From: Octopus vulgaris
Lineage: Eukaryota
Direction of reading: 5' to 3'
Assembly: GCA_951406725.2 (NCBI GenBank)
Contig: OX597830.1
Span: 68,386,001-68,450,000 of the forward strand
Length of the DNA: 64,000 nucleotides
Position 1 is the first letter of the stretch; every line of letters begins with the position of its first letter. The position numbers and the translations under genes are program-made. Below are positions 56,889 to 64,000 of the stretch, one piece after another. The notes under the pieces are model-generated. The model had not been told where the DNA came from, made no database searches, and saw nothing but the letters and a program-made list of their open reading frames with translations.

Positions 56889-57237
56889 TGTTCTTCAGCC
56901 AGGTTTGCATTGTTGATGCCTATGTTATCTTCTGAGAATATAGATGCTTTTGTCACAAGAACTAATGCCTTAGTGTAGCGAGGAAGCGTTCATATGCGAA
57001 TAGTATTTGTGCAAGACACCTGCAATCATGGGTGAATTGAGAAATATAAGAAGTTAGTTCCTGTTAAGATTGCACAATCCTTGCAAAAGTTGTACAAATT
57101 TCATGTAAAATATTGTATCAATATATGTCCGTTTTTCAATTGGGAAAATGTAGAATTAATATGTACACGCTTAAATAAACTTACATTAAATGATATTTAT
57201 ATGTTCATCATAATTTTTTTTTAAATCTTTCTATAAC

Positions 57238-57377
57238 GAACTCTCTCATGCACCAAATAGCAGTTGCTAGAAAGCCTCCATGAAGTGAAACCAAGTAGCA
57301 ACACCAAATGGCGGTGCCCCAGCATGGCCACAGCTCATAAGCTGAAACTAGAATCAATCAATCAATCAATCAATCAA
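57238..57377 (+). mobile_element. Short 3' tail of the CR1-group LINE at 53079
   Basis: Nearly identical to 53512-53647. Confidence 0.85.
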
Positions 57378-57921
57378 CGTTTAAAGCTATTTAATGTCTT
57401 TACCGTTTTTCTTCTTTGAATTTTAGTCTCTTGGGAGTCTTTTGATGATTTCAGGATGTGAACTTTATAATTCATGTATACATATATAAATTGTGTTTCA
57501 TATTGCATCTGAGGATATTATTTTCCTAAAGATTTTATTTAATTATGCCTAAATTAGTAAGACATTAAAAGGATCTGCACTGATATCATAAATACTGAAC
57601 TTCATAAAAATAAAATAGTTGTAAATACGATTTCAGATCTTCATTTGAATTCAATGATGCTAACCATGTTGAAATCTCTAAAACTAAATTGAAAATAAAA
57701 ACTGTTTATATTTTTTCTGTAAATGGATTTTTCTGTGTCTATATCCGTGTGTAGTTGTTAGACTTTTAGATGTGGTTATTCTTTGCCTCTTGCTTACTAC
57801 TGTTACTTATATACCTCCTCCTTCAAACATATATTTTACTTAAAATTTATTTTCTATACCTAGAAATACTAACCCAAACGTTTCTTTCAACAATTAACAT
57901 TGTTTTTCCTCTTTTCTCTAG

Positions 57922-57977
57922 CCTGAAACAACAGAAACACTAATTCAAGCGCCTTTGGAATCGATATGTTTTGATAT
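57922..57977 (+). CDS. Exon A2 (56 nt, phase 0->2): PETTETLIQAPLESICFDI
   Basis: cttttctctag| ... |gtaagt. Only phase 0 is open. Flanks paralogous to A1. Confidence 0.78.
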
Positions 57978-59684
57978 GTAAGTAGACAGACATTTCCAGA
58001 TAAACTTTCTTCATCATATCGAAAGACACGCTAAATACCTACATATCTCGATATCTGATCCTTACAGAATGTACCAATCTCTCATCCACTTTGCACCTCC
58101 TATATTTATCACGTATAACTCGTTACATGTAAATTTATTTATATGTAATTTGATAAGTATTTTTATATAAATTTTATATTTCTTCTATATTTCTATGTAT
58201 GTTTGATTTCATTCTTTATAACCTTAGGGAATTTTCACGCCTGTACATGCATGATTTATGTTGATGTGTATAAATATATATGATTCAACTACTTCGATTG
58301 AAATTTCTCATTTATGCGTTCGGGAATCTGTTTGACTTTCCAAGACTTGCGTTTTAAATTTTCTCTACTCTGTATTTTTTCGCGTAGGCTCTCTATGAGC
58401 ACTCCGTAAATAGCCCATACATTTTAAAACATACTTACATACTTAATATATATAAATATACACATATATGTATGGGTGTATTTATTTATTATAGACTTTC
58501 TACTGACTCCTTCTCTCTCTTGTATTCCCAGCCTTTTTTCTTTCCCTTCATCCCTTCCGTATTTTTCTCTGTCGTTCTCTCACCCTGCAGTCTTTCTCCT
58601 CTGCCTGCTGCTGTCGCGTGACCAACTGCCAGTACCCCTTTTTCTTCCCTTCTTACACTGGTCCTGTAGCTGAACAGTCGCAAATTTTCTGTCGCTATGT
58701 TCACCATCTTCCAAGACATTTTCTAAGCGTTACCTCCTCTCCTCGGTCCCAAGGCCCTATTTTGTTTGCGAATTAGAAAACATATTTAAATGATTAAATG
58801 TTTACAAATTTCAATAATATCAGAAAATGATGGGCGAAGTATATAAAAAATGTGGATCGCAAAAAGTTCAGTCATACTGATTTAAGAGAGAAACAAATAA
58901 AGAAAGAAGAGAGTAAGCAAAAGGGATTTTGTTACAGTTTCTTTCATCTTGCACGTGATTCTTTTTACCGTCGCGTAGAGGGTTTTTCGCCTGTAACGGA
59001 CTGCTTTGGAATCCGTGTATCTATAATCTTTTCTGTGAAAGGATATAATTTTTGATTCGTTATAATTCTTATTCTTATTCTTTGTGGAGACCAAGTTTGA
59101 CATTCTGCCTGGTTGTCTTGCCTGCGGGGAATGGTCATGAAACTGTTGTTTGTTCTCTTACCGAGTCAGTCTGTTTATTTTCTTGAGGTCCAGTTCTGAT
59201 CGGAGGTAAAATTTCATTGGTCTAGTGATAGGTTATTGCATGGTGATTTGGAGTTGCATTTTCGAAGGCCGAAAGGAAGTTACATGCCGATCGGTTGAGA
59301 TACTCCAACAAAGTAGATGAAATATGCTTTTTTATTTGTGTGTGTGTGTTAATATTTTTATTTAAGAAAAATAGTAATAGTAGTAAAATAAGGTGATGAT
59401 AATAATCCTTTCTACTGTAGGCACAATGTCTCGAGTTTGTGGTGAAGAGACTAGTCGGCTACACCGACTCCAGTGTTTTTACTGGTACTTAATTTATCGA
59501 CCTTCAAAAGATAATAATAAAAGAAAGTATACAAAAATGTTAAAATATGAAATTTAATTAAAATGAAAATGAATAATAGTAAATAATTAATATTGATAAA
59601 ACTTAATACTTATAAAACTTAAAATATTCAGGCTAAGCTAATAGTAGTCTATAGTATAAGATGTATAGAGGGATGATGCAGTAA

Positions 59685-60100
59685 CAAGAGAGCGGGTAAA
59701 TAGACATTGGAGAGAACTTAAGGAAGGTAAAAGCTCATCGATTCGGTACCAACATGCCGAGCATGAGCACGGGGGGATCAATCAACAACATAGAAGTTAA
59801 AATCCTGTCCACGCATAGAACAGATGCAACAATCAGACAAATTACGGAAGCTACACACATAATAGAAGATAAACCTAGCCTGAATAGGAAACTGGAATGG
59901 AACACTAGCACACACCACAAAATATGACAGTAGAGGATCCCCATAAACTGGTTACAATATAAACAAAGCCGAAAACATAATGAATAAAATACACAGATAA
60001 ATAAACAAATAGAAATAAATAACTATATAATTTTTTTTTATTAAATTTAAAAGATTTTTTTGATTTTTTAAATTTTTAAATGTTTAAATGTTTTAAAATG

Positions 60101-60139
<39 letters not shown>

Positions 60140-60590
60140 TAGTATTGTTGTTATACGTACATACATACAAGCATACGTAACGATAATAATATGTGGATGT
60201 AAACACATGAAGAAAATAAGAATAAACAAAAACAAAAACAAATTACACGAACGTATATAAACAGAAGATACAAATATTACAGGCATTCACACACACATAC
60301 ACTAACTAAACATAGACGCACATAGAGATATAATCATGCGCAAATGAATACACATAGACTCATACAATAGAAAAGCAAAATGGCTGACGGTTAGTAAGGA
60401 GAGACACACAAATAAGAAATAAGAAAGCAAAGGACCACTGATGCGGTCACAGGAGTGTGACGAAAGAACTCTGACCGAAATAAGATTAAGTTTAATGTAA
60501 AAAATAAATAGCACTGAAGCAAAGTAACACCAAATATATAGTGCGTGTGTTTTTATTGGCTAAACTGGCAAAATGACCATTCCGAAATAT

Positions 60591-60600
<10 letters not shown>
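59685..60600 (+). mobile_element. Penelope-like 3' fragment (GIY-YIG C-terminus + UTR)
   Basis: ERVNRH...H.EHEH...VKIL...RQITEA..I...PSLNRKLEW. ctgatgc-ggtca...tgacc-GAAA at 60436-60480. Confidence 0.65.
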
Positions 60601-60638
<38 letters not shown>

Positions 60639-62168
60639 ATTGGTATAGGTATTATGGTGATATTGGATTTTTTATTGTATTTGAAGTAATGTATTTTCCT
60701 TTGTTGATGTAATGTAACCATGTAGGTGTGATGTTTGTTTTAAAGTTACAAGAGATCCAGCAATTTCACTGGCTCTGATTGTTCCTTTGTTTCTGTTTTT
60801 TCTTTTATACTTCACTCTTTCATAGTTTCTGTTGACGACTTTAAACATTTTGAACTAGATTTGATAATATATTTTCAGTTCTAAAAAAATCAATTTTCTG
60901 GACATTTGAAATTATTATTTAGTCTCGAAAATATTTATCAGATATTTATAAATATATGATATTAATTCTTACTTAAGCATTAGTCAGAACCATTTGTATT
61001 GAAGAAATGAAATGACGTTATAACGGTAAGGAAAAGGAAACATTGAATCGGAAACTACAAAGGGGTCTCCTGTAGATATAAAGGAAAAGCGAAAACACTT
61101 TGGTTCCAACAAAAGCGATGCTCCAGTAAATCTGGGCAAACTAAGAACAATGTAAAGTGTGTTACCACCGTGTATTTAGTGTAGCTTTGAAATTTGCCCC
61201 ATAAACGCTAAGTATCTCTACCAAATACATACAGTCAATTCAGAAATGTTTAACCTATCAGTTTATCTCTTCTAATGTTACTGTTTGTTTGTGTCTTAAT
61301 ATACATCTGAAGAAAATGTAGTGGATTAGCAGAATTATAAAACGGTCAAACAAAATACCTTATGGCAATTGTTGAAATTTGAGGTCTTATTTTATGTAAG
61401 AAATCATACATTGAAGCAGAAGTTTTTCTAGAGATGTGAATTAAATTAAGCAGATTTACTGTCTTTTACAGTTCATCATATCTCACACACCCACACATCC
61501 CACAAAACCGAGATAAATGGCAGAAGGCTATATATCAAAACACAATCAAAATTGTACCACTTAAATGCCATTTGAAAATTGTAGAAATTTGATGACTTGA
61601 TATTAATTACATGAGTATTTACACCCTAGACTTTATGCGTAAATGTACCTTTTGGTGTGAAATGAAGTCTATGAACTATATTTTCAGCAGCTTGTAATAA
61701 AAATCAAACTGACGAGTTTTACTGTCTGAGCATTTCGTCAAGATTTGCTGACCTCTCTTTTGAAATAAAATTATTCAAAGCTACTTATTGAAATGTATTC
61801 CTAATTTCACAACAGGTCTAAATACACATAGATATTACTCCATAAATTTAGTCATAATCCTCACTGACTCTTTCTACCTTCTCCTCATATGTTCTTAGCT
61901 TTCCTCTCCGCCTTTGTACACCAGACCCTGACCATTCCTCTAGCCTCATTCTGACCTTAACTCCCTCTTGGTCATCTTTCTCATCACCTCCTATATTAGT
62001 CTTTCAGTAATATTCCTTTGTTTCTTGCTCCCAACCCATGAAACAATATCACTTTTCTCCTTTTCTTAACTTTTAGATGAAGTTCAAATGTCCAGGATGT
62101 TAACTACACTCCATATGACAAACAACTTTCACTAATCTTAAACTTTCTCCTTGGTTCATTTTTTGTAG

Positions 62169-62214
62169 ATCACTATCTTCTGAATCATCGGCTGAAGAAG
62201 ACGAAGAATCCCAA
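62169..62214 (+). CDS. Exon B2 (46 nt, phase 2->0): SLSSESSAEEDEESQ
   Basis: tttttgtag| ... |gtaatt. Flanks paralogous to B1. In frame after A2. Confidence 0.72.
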
Positions 62215-62477
62215 GTAATTTAATTTTTTCATTTTTTCTTTATTACTTCTGTTTGCACGAATTATGACTAATGTGTGTTTTGGAATTTCATCAAAGACTC
62301 TGTTTTGACAGCAACCTTATAAATTTTGCTTTTGAATATCTTAATACATTTTCCAGTATACCAATGTACAGCTGATTATTATTTTTCACATATGTGGAAC
62401 AGCGTTCTATTTCTCGTAGTGATAGATTAGATTACTATTTTACATAATCATAGAGCAAAATAAATTTTCTTTATTAG

Positions 62478-62830
62478 TGGATGGAAGCACTCCGTCGGTT
62501 CCGACGACGAGGGTTCCGGTTGATCCGATCAACGGAACAGCCTGCTTGTGAAATTAACGTGTAAGTGGCTGAGCACTCCACAGACACGTGTACCCTTAAC
62601 GTAGTTCTCGGGGATATTCAGCATGACACAGAGAGTGACAAGGCCGGCTCTTTGAAATACAGGTACAACAGAAACAGGAAGAAAGAAGATCACCACCATC
62701 CCCTGCCGGAGCCTCGTGGAGCTTTAGGTGTTTTCGCTCAATAAACACTCACAACGCCCGGTCTGGGAATCGAAACCGCGATCCTACGACCGCGAGTCCG
62801 CTGCCTAACCACTGGGCCATGCGCCTCCAC
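62478..62830 (-). mobile_element. tRNA-derived SINE with TSD
   Basis: A box tggcccagtgg, B box ggtttcgattccc on -. TSD tctttattagt. Confidence 0.85.
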
Positions 62831-62929
62831 TCTTTATTAGTAGTGATTACTATATTACGCAATGGTTGAACCAGCTACTGACTTTTTTGTATAATTAGGG
62901 TAAATTAGAACTTATATATATTTTTTTCT

Positions 62930-63196
62930 CACGTGATCACGTGACCGACCAGGCTTTCAGATGTTGCTACACATCGCTGGTCACATCGCATTGATTTTAC
63001 CTTCAAATGACGCCACCCCGCTGGCTAAATGAGCAGGCCAACAGAAGAAAGTTGCGGTGAAAGCGTACAGCAGGGATCGCCACCACCCGCTGCCGGTGTT
63101 TTCGCTGAATAAACACTCACAACGCCTGATCTGGGAATCGAAACCGCGATCCTACGACCGCGAGTCCGCTGCCCTAACCACTGGGCCATTGCGCCT

Positions 63197-63200
<4 letters not shown>
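62930..63200 (-). mobile_element. tRNA-derived SINE (same head)
   Basis: Head nearly identical to 62730-62830. Confidence 0.8.
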
Positions 63201-63240
<40 letters not shown>

Positions 63241-63325
63241 TGCCTTTAGCCCTGTTTTCCATGTCTATAGGTGCATATAGACGTGGGAATGAACTTTTTT
63301 GTGCGCGCGCGTGTGTGTGTGGGGT

Positions 63326-63373
<48 letters not shown>

Positions 63374-63374
63374 A

Positions 63375-64000
63375 AAAGTAATAATAATAATATTAGGGAA
63401 TAAATCCAAACTTACAGGGAAAAAGTAGATTTAGGATTAAATCCAATTTTATAGTATAAATATATTATATTATATTATATTAAATTAGAGATAAAACCAC
63501 TATTAGGCAAATCAAACAGTGAAACGCATAAGCCATTACATAAAATTAATTTTAAAATATAAAATTCAAAAGAATTGTTTAAATAATTTAAACTTATTAA
63601 TTTTAAATATATATATACAAATGCATATATATTTATATGTATGTATATATTTATATTTATATATTATTTTATTTATAAATTTATTTAATTATTAATTTTT
63701 TAAAAATTATTATATAAATATCAAAAGTATTAAAAGTTTAATAAAAGTTAAAGAGTAAAACACTACGATCGTTTCATGGCTGTACGAATTCGAATAACAA
63801 TAATTTAAATTCAATTAATAATTCGAATTATGGTTACAGTCAATCTTCAGGTTAATTGAAATATAATAATTAAGATCTAAAATAATCGCTATAAATAAAT
63901 AAATATATATGTACATATAATAAAGACCTAATAAATTAATTTTTCATATTTAAAGATGAAATAGCTAATTTCAAAAATACAAACAAACTTAAACGAACTT
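63375..64000 (-). mobile_element. AT-rich Penelope-type terminal region with hammerhead
   Basis: Shares tttgcct(a/t)tagtggttttatctctaattta and attaaactttta...tactttt with 7418-7582 (+). Hammerhead at 63761-63853. Confidence 0.6.

Noticed and set aside
62755-63200. tRNA-like sequences
   Set aside because: SINE heads with SINE bodies and a TSD, no proper acceptor stem.

Overview
AT-rich, microsatellite-dense eukaryotic DNA. The SINE families and repeat landscape point to a coleoid cephalopod, most likely Octopus (inference). Most of the window is transposable-element debris: Penelope-like elements (several with minimal hammerhead ribozyme motifs), RTE, CR1-group, Dong/R4, HERO-like and L1/Tx1-like LINEs, tRNA-derived SINEs, piggyBac-type MITEs, a probable Helitron-bounded insert and a probable Crypton end. 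Most long ORFs in the supplied track are microsatellite artefacts or antisense shadows of RT genes. The main non-TE signal is a + strand gene missing from the ORF track. Four small exons (35139-35191, 43154-43202, 57922-57977, 62169-62214) splice in frame and form two duplicated 102-nt two-exon units. The flanking introns are clearly conserved between units while the exons have diverged, mainly at non-synonymous positions. A second tandem array at 1.8-11.5 kb and a duplicated acceptor block at 15.1/20.5 kb show a similar conserved-flank, variable-micro-exon pattern with weaker support. No rRNA, true tRNA or CRISPR array was seen. All alignments and counts were done by eye.
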